Source: Heterodontus francisci (Eukaryota). Taken from it: a DNA stretch of 64,000 nucleotides. The position numbers were made by a program, and so were the translations under genes. Under the pieces are notes generated by a model. It had not been told where the DNA came from. It made no database searches and was given only the letters and a program-made list of their open reading frames with translations. Location of the stretch: positions 10,539,558-10,603,557 of the forward strand of contig NC_090399.1 in NCBI RefSeq assembly GCF_036365525.1, given 5' to 3'. Below are positions 1-12,900 of the stretch, piece by piece. The first letter of the stretch is position 1. Each line of letters opens with the position of its first letter.

Positions 1-959
1 GCTGAGGCAGCATGGAGATGGCGATAGGAAAATGGGAATAGGCTCTTTCTACCAGCAGAAATGAATAATGAGATCACTATATAACAACTGTATCAATTAT
101 TCCCCCCTCCGCTTGCCCCATCCCCATGGAATTAAATTTATTGCTCATTCAAATGATACAGTTATAGAACTCCCCAGTATTACTATACCGATATTAAGTC
201 AGTTACTTCTGCAAATTTGTGCTTACAATGATGCAGTGTGAAAGAACAAGAACAAAGTTAACTCAGAAATCTAATGTCTTCTGGAGAATGTGTCAAAAGC
301 AGAGGAACCACCCTGGATTCATATCTTCTCAGGGAGTTCAACAAAATAATGTTTATTTATAGTTTTTACTGAGAAAGAGAAAGAAAAAGAGAGAGAAAAA
401 GAAAGGAAAATACAAAACAAACAGGTCCCTGGGAGTGAATGCTGGCAATCGGCGAGGTTTACGGAAGTCTTGATGTCAATTTTGCAGCTCCTGTTTGCAT
501 TGGCTTTACCAAAATATGGAAGGAGGAAATATAAACTGAAGCATTTATTACAGCACTACCTGTAATGACTAGACAGGTTACTTCTCCCCACCTCTCCAAT
601 GATCCAATTCATAGAATTATGCCACACAGAAAGAGTCCATTCGGCCCATCATGCATGTGCTGATGCTTTGAAAGAGCTGTCCAATTTCACTGAATAGTTA
701 GCTCAGCAAATTGTTAATCTCGTGAGATGCTGACGTCTTGAATGAATGACTGCCTTAATTGCCCTTTGATGTTGTTGACGTTCCAATGGAAGAGTATCGG
801 AAGAATCTGCGATGCCCAAATCAGCCATTCTGGTCTTAAAAGATCCAAGCCAATTATATAGCAGCCCATACCCTGCAAGTGATATTTCCCAAAACCCTAG
901 CTCCATCAGACTTTGCATATACATTTTTTCCAGGATGGGTCTCTTCATGAGGTTCTGTA

Positions 960-1495
960 AGTCCAGAGACTTGAGCACATAATCAAAGCTGATATTCCCA
1001 GTGTAGTGCTGAGAGAGCACTACACTCATTTTAGTTCTCCATTTCTGTGCTTTGATGATTCTTGATGTTATTGAGTTTATTTAATTTTAAGGAGTCTCTG
1101 GAGCAGTTGCCATGAGTTTGTTCCACTGTATCAATTAAACAAACAAATATCACCAATAGTAATTCTAGGCTGGCTGTGCAATACTGAGGGAGTGCTGTAC
1201 TGTCACGGACACTGTCTTCCACAAGACCTCAAACTAAGACATTGGAAGGTCAACCACAGGACAATTGGAATGAGAGCAGGGACATTCACCCTGGTGTCCT
1301 GGCCAACATTTACACCATTAAAAAAGAAAGATGATCTGGGCATTATCTCATTGCTGTAAGATGGAACTTGCTGCGTGCAAATTGGCTGCTGTGTTTTTCC
1401 TATATTACAACAGTGACTACAATAGATTATGTCGTCGTCTGTAAACGATGTCCTGAAGTTATGAAAAGGTGGTTTACAAATGCAAGTTCTTTCCT
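960..1495 (+). mobile_element. Degenerate Deu-domain tRNA-type SINE(s) (SacSINE1-like)
   Basis: CCAGAGACTTGAGCAC...TACTGAGGGAGTGCTGTACTGTC; same family at ~13690-14080, ~47510-47805 and on the minus strand at ~28480-28830 and ~57255-57560. Confidence 0.6.
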
Positions 1496-2094
1496 TCTTT
1501 GTTTTAACTGTGTTGTGTGTCTTTGGCCCAGTTATGACATGTGAATTTAATTATAGACTGACAACAACTAATATCTCAGTGTAGTAAAGGTGTGTCTTTC
1601 AATTTAATTCTGATTAGTTAATGAGACTAAATAGTGGAAGCCAATTATGGTAGTCCCAGTCTAACTCATTATATTGGCTCAGTCTGTTAATGAGAGTTTG
1701 AGTGGTGAATTAGTTTGATCTGGAATCATGGTAATATTGACATTACAATCCCCCTAAAAAAAAAGTGCTGCCCAACATTTGAAAATATTCCATGTTCTGT
1801 GGAGGGGTTTTTGGCTGGTTGGTGTGTTTCATCTTAGGCTGAGGGAGATTTCTGTTTATCTTTGCATTGAATTATATTTTGTCAATTGTGTCCAATGTGT
1901 TAATGGAGTCCTATGTAAAGTTGTTTTATTAAGCTTTGTCATTCACAGCTTCTATAACCTTGAGTTCAAAAACCATATGATGATGTGGAAAAGGAAGATG
2001 GCGTCGCTGCAGAAGATGGCGAGGAAGTTTAATGTATTCTTCTAAGTTATGTTCCACACCTCATGCCCAAGTCAGTGAATGGTATAATTGTGTT

Positions 2095-2510
2095 TATGTT
2101 CCTGGGATAATAATTAAGAGGCCTGGACTAATAATCCAGGAACATGAGTTTAAATCCCACCATAGCAGTTGAAGAATTTAAATTCAGTTAATTAATTAAA
2201 TCTGGAATTTTTTTTTAAAAAGCTAGTATCAGTATTGGTGACCATGTAAGTATTAGATTGTTGTAAAAACACCCTTAATAACATTTAGAGAAATGTATTC
2301 TTCCTCAAGCAGGTCCTTGCCCAGTGGTGCACATGTGACTCCAGACCCACAACAATGTAGTTGACTCTTAACTGCCCTCTGAAATGGTCTTGCAAACTAC
2401 TCAGTTGGCAAGAAGGTAGCTCACCACCACTTACTCATGGGCAATCAGAGATGGGCAATAAATGCTGCCCTTGTCAGTGACCCTCACATCCCGCGGATGA
2501 ATAAAGAAGA
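2095..2510 (+). mobile_element. Shark SINE with LINE-derived tail (GGGCAATAAATGCTG...)
   Basis: Shares ACATGTGACTCCAGACCCACA...GTTGACTCTTAACTGCCC with minus-strand copies at ~22690-23105, ~49160-49535 and ~54330-54720. Confidence 0.6.
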
Positions 2511-3267
2511 ACTCGGCTGATAGTCTATGTTCTGTCACTACTGTCTCTGTCCTGGGAGAACGGTGCTATGATCGCAGCTCAACTTCCTCTTGGACATGTG
2601 ACGGGACGCCAGGACCACTTTCTTTCACCAGCTGACCATGGCACGTCTCTGCTCCGACCTCTGCTGCTGCAGCCCTACTCCAGAGCTTAGCTCCTGAACA
2701 CTCCCCTTCCTGGCCACACCACCTCTACGAACAACAAGACATCCCAAGCGCCCATATTCTCAGCTCACCAAAGCCCCCATTCCTACTCCTCCGCCTTCCT
2801 TTCTCCTTCCTGCTCCCAGTCTAGCAGTTGTATACTGCATTGTAAGGAGTGCTTAAAGATCTCTCTTGATGTGAGGAGCACTATAGGAAGTTATATGATT
2901 GCTACCATTGATCTTATATCTTCTACATTTGTAAATTCTGTGCCTAGATGCTTTGGACTTAGAATATATCATATTTGGGTTACTCTCACTGATTGTGACA
3001 ACTTTTGGTTTGCACATGGTGGGTGAAGGGCTTATCTGTTTGGACTTTTAAAGAGGGAAGCAGTGACAGGGGTAGAATGAAGTGATGAAGTGATCAATAA
3101 CTCCCTTCCCCCTCTATTTATCCTGTTCACTTCCCTTTAGTCCCTATTGAATGGCATTCCCATGAAGTTTTAGATTTGGTTTTGCACTTCTACTGGTGAT
3201 AACATTTGAAAGCAACTAGTTAAACAGAATTTGTTTTACAAATGGCACGAAACCTAACGTTTTACTG

Positions 3268-3812
3268 TTAATGACTTTTAACAGAGCAGATCTTCAACGG
3301 TTCTGTGTTTTTTCCATGGCCATTCAAACATGGACTGAAGAAGGGATAGATTTTCTCCGTGAAGATGTCGATGAAAGTGTGGAGATGGAACATGCTGTCC
3401 GCATTGTAAAACGATACCTGTCCCTCCTCGTAGTCCAGGTACACCCCGATCTTCCTGGGTTTTACACTCACAGTCAGGAGGGTACGAGGCAATGTACCAG
3501 CCTTATATTCACGCCTTCTCAGCCACACAATCCAGTAGCCAGCCTCTGGCATTGCCGTGATGTCTCCCTTCCTGTTGATGGATTCGGCGACCACTCCGAG
3601 ATCCCACTCGGCACTGTCTCCCACCTCCACTTCCCAGTAGTGTTTCCCCGATGTGAACCCCTCGGACGCCAAGACACACACACAGGGGTAGAACCTTTCT
3701 GGTGTCTCAGGGAGCAGTTGTCCTTGATCTCCATATCTTACACTGGTCAGGTCATCAGACAGGATGAGCCAGGAATGCGCTGTGTTGGGATCCAGAGTCA
3801 GACAAGTTGGAG
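3268..3812 (-). CDS. TRIM coding exon 6: PRY-SPRY (B30.2) domain
   Basis: Acceptor TCTTCCAG|CT; [16 protein letters not shown]...[43 protein letters not shown] motifs; stop at 3270-3268. Confidence 0.96.
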
Positions 3813-5362
3813 CTGGAAGAGAGAGGGACAAAAAAACAATGGCTATTTGAATTATTTAATCACCTTTATCTAAGCACCTATTCTATTCTATAAATCACTG
3901 ATGGTGTAAGGAGAAGCTTCAGTGTGAATCTCCTTCCATGCACTCGTACTGTACTTTATCACAGGGAGCTATGAGGACTGACTTCAGATACTGGGGCTTA
4001 TTTCAAAAAGGAGCACAGAAGACTATGGGGAGACTGTATACAGGTGTTTCAAAATTACAGAAGGTTTTCATTGGGTCAATAGGGAAACACTATTTCAAAT
4101 GGTTGGGGATTCAGCGAGAAAGGTGTTAAACTCTAGTAAAAAGACTAAGGCAAGGTAATGATAACTTTTATGCCCAGGTTAAAAAAATAGGCAATAGGGA
4201 ATCGATAGCCCGTTTTATGTCTGGTCCATTTATCGAAGTCAATGGAAATTACAACTGTGAGCAGTGTAAAACTGCCTGCTGATTCGCTATGAGCCTGTTT
4301 CATTCTATTAGTGTAGACCAATTTCACCCTTATAGAATCATATTCATTGCCCATTACACATTCCACCTATATTCGATTCCGCTAACCTCAACGGAATTAA
4401 ATATCAAGCATGTGGTATAACCTGATGGCCAATGTGATTCTGCCCAATGTCCAATTTCATCCACAATGGAAAATAACATTGAGCCTGGTATAAAACAGGC
4501 TGCCAATATTCTACGAGTCCTTCGCGCTACTGGGCTCAAAGTGATTTCACCCGAGGGTTTTCTGGTGGTTAGGAGGAGTCGCTGCTTGCTGCTTTTCCCA
4601 AATAGACAGTCCAGTACAGCACTGCAATGAGCTCCAGCTAGCACTCTGAACAGAGGCTGATGTTAACATGACTGTGAGAACAGAATGAGAAAACACGCTG
4701 AGCAAATGTATCAGTTTGTCTAATGCAAGCAAGGACTGTTCAGTATCTACGTAACTGAAAGGAACAACAAATAGATGGTTATAGTTGGAGTTGAATGGAC
4801 TAAAATTGCTCCCATGGGCACTTTGGTTACAGCTGCATCATAAGCACATTTTGCTCTATTGGTCTACAATGTTTATTTTTAATCAGACTGTTTGATGGTT
4901 ACATAGCTTGGGAGGACAGTGCGTCCTAACTGCTGTAATGCTTGCACTCAAAGTGTATCAGTTATAACCGGGACCAGAAAACATTTTCTTTCCATTCAAC
5001 TAATTATCGTCCAACCTTGACAGTGAGAACAATGGTAATTATAAAACAACAGAGTGCTGGTATCATTTCACTGTCATCACAATGGGACAGATTTGTGCCA
5101 TTCAGACTGGCGGCCTGTTATAGAATCCGCCTGATTTTCAGCGGCCAGACTGAATTACAATCTGGCGGTTTCTACATTGAGTGGATTAATAGCACAGTCA
5201 GGTTTGAGGCTGGGTGACAATTTGAAAATCTGTCCCGATATAATCCAACCATTAGTAATAGTTGTATCCAGTCTCTGGGTGAAAACGTATGCATCATAAT
5301 AATGTATCTTATTTAAAATTGTTGTTATCTGAGCATGTAACAGATCAAGAATAACCTCTTAC

Positions 5363-5463
5363 CTGGGCAGATGGTGTCTATCATTTGTTTCCAAACAGTG
5401 TACTGTAAAGGTCCTTTGAACAGTCCCAGCGGCAGATTTCCACTGGTTAATATGTGGTCTTCA
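5363..5463 (-). CDS. TRIM coding exon 5 (linker, EDHILTSGNLPLGLFKGPLQYTVWKQMIDTICP)
   Basis: Acceptor TATTAG|T, donor CCAG|GTAAGA; FKGPLQYxVWKxM motif of TRIM69/A33-like proteins; keeps frame into SPRY exon. Confidence 0.88.
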
Positions 5464-5562
5464 CTAATAATGTAAACATGTAATAGTTGGCATTACAAAG
5501 TGACTTTAAACAATATTACTTTTTGGCTTATATATAGAGTTTCTGTGAAGAACTTCCCATAC

Positions 5563-5585
5563 CTCTTTTCTCGACAAGTTTCTTC
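5563..5585 (-). CDS. TRIM coding exon 4 (23-nt micro-exon, EETCREK)
   Basis: TTTAG|GAAGAAACTTGTCGAGAAAAGAG|GTATGG; a 23-nt exon is characteristic of B30.2 TRIM genes. Confidence 0.88.
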
Positions 5586-6890
5586 CTAAAGATAATATAA
5601 AAGAGGTATCTTAGCTGTCCATCGTATAGTACTGGTGATAGTGTTAGGACAGAACGAAACTGAGACAGCAGGAACCAGCAAACACGTCATCAAAATAATC
5701 AAATACCTTTTATACCATTAGAAGAGAGCAGAGACGGAGGCACAAATGCACTCTTTCTCCCAAAAATGAATCTGGGACAGCTGGAGCTTTCAAGACTGAG
5801 TTCGATAGATTTTTTGTTAGGTTAGGGTATCAGACAACATGGAGCTAAGATGAGTAGATGGAGTAAAGGTACAGATTATCCATATTCTGATTGAATGGTG
5901 CACCAGGCTTGAGGGGCTGAATGGCGTCCTCCTGTTCCTATGCCACAGAAGTAACCTTGGTGATGAAGACACACAAGCCTAGGGACTTCTGTTGGCACTA
6001 GAATGCTTGACATTCCCATTTATCAACCCCTTTATCCATATTTTAGCCTCTTTATTTTAGCCTGATTAACAACTAAGCAGACTAAATGAATATAGACATG
6101 CCATGACACTGCGCCAAGGGCTGGCATGCCAACAGTAATTTCTGGGGCTCCGAAATGACATCATGAAATACTGGCACACAAATATCTTGGTTTCAAATTC
6201 CCCACCCCACTTTTTCAACAGTGGCATTAGTCCATTTAGTGTGTCTCATAGATACAGAATTTCAGTATAGTTGCTTAACCATTTCTAAACTGGAATTTCA
6301 CAGTTCCAGTGGGGGAGCGATCTTAACCCTAGCCCACCTATCAGGAAACTGACCAGATTGTGTGTCAGGCTGGTTTCGCATTACAATCAATGAAGTCACG
6401 GAGAGTCATACTGGGAGGGGTGTGAAATCGGCCTTCCGACCCACTCTCGGGTGTTTCTCAGCTGGCGAATTAGGTTAAAATTACAACCTCACAATCTCAG
6501 TGAGGTTCAGATGGGTAAGATTACAAGCATTACTCCGAATGGATTACAAAGTCACTTGTAGCTCACGTTCTTGACCCAGGTCATGAGAATCAGGATATTC
6601 CTATCTTAATTGTGCCAATATTGAGACATTTAGAGATTTGATCCCCTGACGGGTGTGTCTCATTTACTGAGGAATGATGCTGAACAGTAGACAAACTAAG
6701 ACCAGTTTGAGAAATTTTACTTCAAACTTGTCCCTGTTCCCCACTTTTTTGACAACCTGTAGTCTTGCTGAATGGTGTCAAAATATGAAGAGCTTAAAAG
6801 TCCTGAAGATTCCTCAAGCCAAATTTTAACAGCCGAACGTGGATGAATATAACTACCCGAAGATTTCCCCAATTCCCATGACCCATGTAC

Positions 6891-7124
6891 CTCCAAGAAA
6901 TTGATGGATTCTGTCTGGTCCATGTTTGTGTGTAATCGCGATAGCTTTTGCTGAATGGAATCTAAATGATGTTTTATCTCTTGAAGATTCTTCTCCATCG
7001 CTTCTGCAATTCCTTCTTCATGGTCCTTCAACTCTCGAATTAAACTCTCTTCTTTTCCATCGAGGAACTGGTGCATTTTAGCGAACTCTGACGAAATGAG
7101 GTTCTGCAGACTGGTCGACTTTTC
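6891..7124 (-). CDS. TRIM coding exon 3 (coiled coil, EKSTSLQNLISSEFAKMHQFL...INFLE)
   Basis: Acceptor CTGCAG|GAA, donor GAG|GTACAT, 234 nt; EFxxMHQFL motif typical of class IV TRIMs. Confidence 0.92.
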
Positions 7125-7226
7125 CTGCAGGAATTGACAACACAACACACAAAAAAGAGGGGTAAATCTACTGTCAGAGTACCAGGTGGGGCAGACAGGC
7201 AGAAAGCAGTGTGCTGGGAAACTTAC

Positions 7227-7319
7227 CCCAATTTCTGAAATGCTCTGTTTTTCTCTTAACCTAGCTTCAAGAAGTTTGATCTTCTGCTTCAGCTTGTCCA
7301 AGGATGATTTCAGTCTATC
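7227..7319 (-). CDS. TRIM coding exon 2 (coiled coil, DRLKSSLDKLKQK...ISEIG)
   Basis: Acceptor CCCTAG|GAT, donor GGG|GTAAGT, 93 nt, phase 0-0; typical small TRIM coiled-coil exon. Confidence 0.9.
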
Positions 7320-7555
7320 CTAGGGTTAAAACAGCATGTTGCAGAAGTGTTTATATGTGCAGGTGAAATCGGGGAGCAATTTTAACTCTGAGAAATGGAG
7401 CAAACAAGCCATATTGAATTAGCCTTTATTATATCCCACGCCTGATTTTTCCGGTGAGTATAATGGGAAACTAATTTGATATCGCCTGTTTTGTACCAAT
7501 GTTAAAAACGCCCCTGCCTTGATGAATCAGATACAAAATTAGCCCCAAATTTTAC

Positions 7556-8044
7556 CTTGTACTTAACAACCGCTTCGTGAATAAGCATAAAATCGTGGAA
7601 CTTGTGACTCCGACCTCCTCTCCCGTCCAGACACATCACACAGATCAGTTCTTTGTCTGTCTCACAGAAGAGTTTCAGCTCTTCCCGATGCTCGCTGCAG
7701 TACAGTTTAATCTCTGGCTTTTTCTCTTTTGCAGGCAGGTTCGGAGCCTGCAGGCGCTCCGGGCTGCACAGGGAGTGCTCATTCTTTACCGGAGTCAGCC
7801 AACTCAGGTCCCTCACTTTATCCGCCAGATTGGCCAAAGCCCTGTTCATCCTCAGGCCGCTCTCCTTCAACACTTTGCGGCATTCCGGGCATGAGTTTCT
7901 CTCGCTGTTTTCCCAGTACACTTTGATGCAGGACTGGCAGAAGTTGTGTCCGCAGTCTAGTATGACTGGCTGCTTGAACAGGTCCAGACAGATGGGGCAG
8001 TTTAGGTATTTAGTCAGGCTCTCGGCTTGCTCTTTCGATGCCAT
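7556..8044 (-). CDS. TRIM (RING-Bbox-CC-PRY/SPRY; TRIM39/TRIM69/A33-NF7-like) coding exon 1: RING + B-box2
   Basis: ATG at 8044 (MASKEQAESLTKYLNCPICLDLF...CGHNFCQSC...CPEC, C3HC4 RING); B-box CSEHREELKLFCETDKELICVMC...H..H; donor AAG|GTAAA at 7556, phase 0, 489 nt. Confidence 0.95.
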
Positions 8045-8084
8045 TTTCAGCTTCACTATTTTCCTGATGGCAAACTGCTGTGAA

Positions 8085-8180
8085 CTGCTCCCCGCCTCCG
8101 CCTCCCCTCCCTCAGGCTTTATCCAGCCTCCTCCCAATGAGCCTCTTGCTTTAGATGCTGCTATGAATTTCACTTACTGC
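8085..8180 (-). promoter_or_regulatory. Putative TRIM promoter / 5'UTR (GC boxes, CCAAT, IRF half-site)
   Basis: Minus strand AAGTGAAA, ATTGG and GGAGGCGGAGGCGGGG immediately upstream of the ATG. Confidence 0.3.
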
Positions 8181-8872
8181 CTAAAATCAGACAGTTCGAC
8201 TGGGAAGAGAATTGCAACTGTGGTAGGACATATTCCTCCTGCCTGCAATCGCTCCACCCACCTCCCCGGCCAACACTCTTGTCATTGGTGGCCGGACGTA
8301 CAGTGGTGTCCCCAGGTGTCAGTATTGGAATCACAGCTCATGTGTGTGTGTAACTACCTGGGTTTGGGTATCCAGGTCATCAGTTCAAAATTTACAGATC
8401 ACACAAAACTGAGAACCGTAGTGCAATTTTAAAGGGAGTTCAGGAACAGAGAAACCTTGGTGGGGAGGGGGAGGAGGGTGTATGTACACAAGTCTGTGAA
8501 GATGGCAGGACAAGTTGAGAAGGCAGTTAAGGGAGCATATGAGATTGACTATATTGAGAGGAATCGTACACAAAAGCAAAGAAGTTATGTCAAGCTTTTA
8601 TACAACATTAGTTAGTCCTCAGCTGGAGTATTGAGTTCAATTGTATGCACCACACTTTAGGAAGGACACCAAGGCTTGGAGAGGGTGTGGAACAGGTTTA
8701 CCAGAATGGTACCAGGGATGAGGGACTTCAGTTATGTGGGGAGGTTGGAGAAGCTGGGGTTGTTATCCTTAGAGCAGAGAAGGTTAAGAGGAGATTTGAT
8801 AGAGGTGTTCAAAATCATGTAGGGTAATGAATTTTATATTCAGTTTGAGGGAGAGAAGAATGGATCAAAGAT

Positions 8873-9558
8873 TAGTATTTTAAACTTAAATAAGGGCAAA
8901 GATGAGGGCAGCAGAGCTAGCTGAAGTGAACTGGCAAATCAGGTTAAGGGATAGGTCAATAGAGATGCAGTGGCAGATATTTAAGGGGATATTTCAGAAT
9001 ACACAGAATAGATAGGTTCAAACGAAAAATAATAATTCGAAGGGAGGACCCACCATCCGTGGTTAACTAAAAAAGTTAAAGGTAGTATCAAACTTAAACA
9101 AAAGCATATAATTGTGCAAAGATGGGTGGCAGGTCAGAAGATTGGACAGAATATAAAAAAACAGCAAAGAATGACTAAAAGATTGATCAGGAGGGAAATA
9201 TTAAAGTATGAGAGAAAGCTAGCTAGAATTTTAAAAACTCCTGATCAATCTTTTAGTCATTCTTTGCTGTTTTTTTATATTCTGTCCAATCTTCTGACCT
9301 GCCACCCATCTTTGCACAATTATATGCTTTTGTTTAAGTTTGATACTACCTTTAACTTTTTTAGTTAACCACGGATGGTGGGTCCTCCCTTCGAATTATT
9401 CTTTTTCGTTTGAACCTATCTATTCTGTGTATTCTGAAATATCCCCTTAAATATCTGCCACTGCATCTCTATTGACCTATCCCTTAACCTGATTTGCCAG
9501 TTCACTTCAGCTAGCTCTGCTGCCCTCATCTTTGCCCTTATTTAAATTTAAAATACTA
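8873..9558. repeat. Long inverted repeat: 321-bp arms (8873-9193 / 9238-9558), 44-bp spacer
   Basis: Arms are reverse complements with about 2 mismatches seen by eye. Confidence 0.95.
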
Positions 9559-9925
9559 GGGCGGCACAGTGGCGCAGTGGTTAGCACCGCAGCCTCACAG
9601 CTCCAGGGACCCGGGTTTGATTCTGGGTACTGCCTGTGCGGAGTTTGCAAGTTCTCCCTGTGTCTGCGTGGGTTTCCTCCGGGTGCTCCGGTTTCCTCCC
9701 ACATGCCAAAAGACTTGCAGGTTGATAGGTTAATTGGCCATTATAAATTGTCACTAGTATAGGTAGATGGTAGGGAAATATATAGGGACAGTTGGGGATG
9801 TGACAGGAATATGGGATTAGTGTAGGATTTGTATAAAATGGGTGGTTAATGGTCGGCACAGACTCGGTGGGCTGAAGGGCCTGTTTCAGTGCTGTATCTC
9901 TAAAACTAAAAAAACTAAAAAAAAC
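9559..9925 (+). mobile_element. HE1-like tRNA-derived SINE, full length
   Basis: GGGCGGCACAGTGGCGCAGTGGTTAGCAC A-box, GGGTTTGATTC B-box, CR1-type tail GGGCCTGTTTCAGTGCTGTATCTCTAAAACTAAA. Confidence 0.85.
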
Positions 9926-12900
9926 TATATATATTTAAAAGAGAAGAGTTAACAAAGTGTGCGTTGGTGCTATAGAAAGTGAGTCTGGGGAATTAATAAG
10001 GGAAAATAAGGAGATGGCAGATGAACTGAACAGGTATTTTGCATCAGTCTTCACTATAGAGGATACAAGTAACATCCCAGAAATAGCTGTAAATCAGGAA
10101 ATTATAATCACCAGGGAAGTGGTACTGAGCAAATTGTTGGCGCTGCGTGTTGACCAGTCCCCAGTCCCTGATGGACTTAGTCCTAGGGTGAAAGTAGTGG
10201 CTAGTAAGATAGTCAATGTGGTAGTTTTAATTTTCCAAAAGTCCCTCGATTTGGGGAAGGTTGTGTTAGATTGGAAAATAGTGAATGGAACTCCTTTATT
10301 CAAAAAGGGAAGGAGTCAGAAAGCAGGAAACTACAGGTCAGTTAGTTTAACATCTGCCTTAGGGAAAATGTTAGAAGCTATTATTAAAGACATTATAGGA
10401 GGGCACTGAGAAACATTCAAGGTAATCAGGCAGAGTCAACATGGTTTTGTGAAAGGGAAATCATGTTTAACCAATTTATTGGAATTCTTTGAAGAAGTAA
10501 CATGTGCTGTGGATAAAGGGGAACCGGTGGATGTACTATACTTAGATTTCCAGAAGGCATTTGATAAGGTGTCACATCAAATGTTATTGTGGAAAATAAG
10601 AGCTCATGGTGTAGGGAGTACAATATTGGCATGGATAGAAGATTGGCTAGATAATAGGAAACAGAGAGTAGGCATAAATGGGTCATTTTCTGGTTGGCAA
10701 GATGTAATGAGTGGTGTGCCATAGGGATCTGTGCTGGGGCCTCAATTTTTATAAATTACTTGGATGAAGGGACCAGATAAATGGTTGCTAAATTTGCTGA
10801 TGACACAAAAATAGATTGGAAAGTAAATTGTGAAGAGGACATAAGGAGGCTACAAAGAGTTATTGATAGGTTAAGTGAGTGGGCAAAATCTAGCAAATGG
10901 AGTATAATGTGGGAAATGTTAAATTGTCCAGTTTGGCAGGAAGAATAAAAAAGACGCATATTATCTAAATGGTGAGATATTGAAGAGTTCTGAGATACAA
11001 AGGGATCTAGGTGTCCTACTGCATGAATCGCAAATGTTTAGTATGCACGTACAGCAAGTAATTAGGAAAGCTAATAGAATGTTATTGTTTATTGTGAGGG
11101 GAATTGAATATAAAAGTTGAGAGGTTATGCTTCAGTTATACAGAGCATTGGGAGACCACATCTGGAGTACTGTGTACAGTATTAGTCTCCTTATTTAAGG
11201 AAGGATGTAAATGCATTGGAAGCAGTTCGGAGAAGGTTTACTAGACTAATATCTGGAATGAATGGGTTGTCTTATGAGAAAATGTTGGACAGTCTAGGCT
11301 TGTATCCGCTGGAGTTTGAAAGAGTAAGAGGCACCTTGATTGAAACATATAAGATCCTGAGGGGTCTTGACAGGGTGGATGTGGAAAGGATATTTCCTCT
11401 TGTGGGAGAATCTAGAATTAAGGAATCACCCATTTAAGACAGAGATGAGAAGAAACTTTTTCTCTCAGAGGGTTGTGAGTCTTTGGAACTCTCTTCCTCA
11501 AAAGGCGATGGAAGCAGAGTCTTTAAATATTTTTAAGGCAGAGGTAGATAGTTTCTTGATAAGCAAGGGCTAGAAAGGTTATCGGGGTAGGTGGGAATGT
11601 GGAGTTGAGTTTACAGTCAGATCAGCCATGATCTTATTGAATGGCGGAGCAGGCTCAAGGGGCCGAGTGGCCTACTCCTGCTCCTAATTCGTGTGTTAGT
11701 ATGTTCGTATTGATATATTCACTAAGGAGAAGCAATTTCCAGTGACAGAGGACATAAGTTTAACTGACAAAAGAACCAAAGGTAACATGAGGAAACACTT
11801 TTTACACTGTGGGTTAACATGGAATGAACTGCGTGAAATGATGGTGGAAATAGATTCGACAGTAATATTTAAAAGGGAATTGAATAAATACTTGAAAGGG
11901 GAAAATAACAGGACTATGGGGAAAAAGCAGGTAGGAGTGGATTTAATTGGATAGCTCTACCAAAGAGCCAGCACAGGCATGTAGGGCTGAATGGTCTCCT
12001 GTATTCTATTATTCTATGATTTTATGATTCTAAGGCATGTCCATCCTCATGGTCCATTGGATTTCTATGCCATTTGGAAAGCAAAATCATTTTCTTGACC
12101 CCATTGGATGATTCTTGACTCTCAATGAAGCAGTCTTTTTCTTTTCTCTCAATCTCCAATATTTATACCAAAGTGCTCAAAGATACTCCAGGGTAACCCT
12201 GGAGGGTTGGCAATCCTAACAGGGCAAGCACTTTCTGTCTGGTTGCCAAGAGGAATTGGAGATTTACTTGTGAGATTTCCTGCCCTCCTCCTCCACCTCC
12301 AGTTTGTGGTTGTAAGGAGAGCAGGTGAGCTGGCCAACATGGCCTAGCTTCCACCTTGTCCACTTAAAGGCTGGAGACAATCCAATTGATGGTGAGTATC
12401 TTGGGGAGTGAGCGAATAACCAAGCAGGAAACTATATGTTGTCTTAGAGGGTGCGCCAGCATCAGGATGTATGTGCAAATCTTTGTTTAATTCCACTGTG
12501 AGTCAGCTGCGGATGGAGCAGAACATGTTAGAGACCTATCTGCAGGTCAGTGAGTGGGTTGTTGACATGTAGATTGGGGTCCTTGGTGGAAAAAACCCCT
12601 CCAACATTCTCCTATTTTACTGGGAAAAGAGCACAAAGTTAGAGAACACAACTATTGCATTGTACAAACTGGCAGCAAGGTTAACTAAAAAACAGAACCT
12701 TTTAGCCTGGGGATAAAGAACAAACTACCAGTGAAGGTTCATGATTCAGGCCAATTGATAGCTATTAAGAAAAAGTGTACTGGTCTGGACATGTTGAGAA
12801 CAAATAGCACTCCTCGATTTTTAGTCGGGGAGGGAAAGTTAGCACTCCTTTGTGGGGGGACAGTGGGGGGGGGGGGGGGTGCGGTGCAGTTAACGAGACT

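Larger units (their letters stand above)
8822..11710 (+). mobile_element. CR1 (HER1-like) LINE ORF2 fragment, degenerate, interrupted by an inverted duplication and a SINE
   Basis: ORF pieces ...TPLFKKG..NYRSVSLTS, KSCLTNLLEFFE, YLDFQKAFDKV, KFADDTK; CR1 3' end GGCCTACTCCTGCTCCTAATTCG. Confidence 0.9.

Noticed and set aside
1-1030. Possible exons of a neighbouring gene / 108-aa ORF
   Set aside because: No recognisable protein motif; the ORF starts inside a SINE fragment
3271-3873. 200-aa plus-strand ORF
   Set aside because: Antisense shadow of the PRY-SPRY exon; no recognisable motifs
4145-4732. Short ORFs in the last TRIM intron
   Set aside because: No recognisable domain, and not needed for the intact TRIM reading frame
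7577-8432. Plus-strand ORFs of 105 and 259 aa, and the 43-aa N-terminal extension of ORF 7502-8173
   Set aside because: Antisense shadows of TRIM exon 1; the extension begins at a non-ATG codon, and MASK at 8044 is the typical start
9559-9640. tRNA gene
   Set aside because: A/B boxes belong to the tRNA-derived SINE head, followed by SINE body and LINE tail
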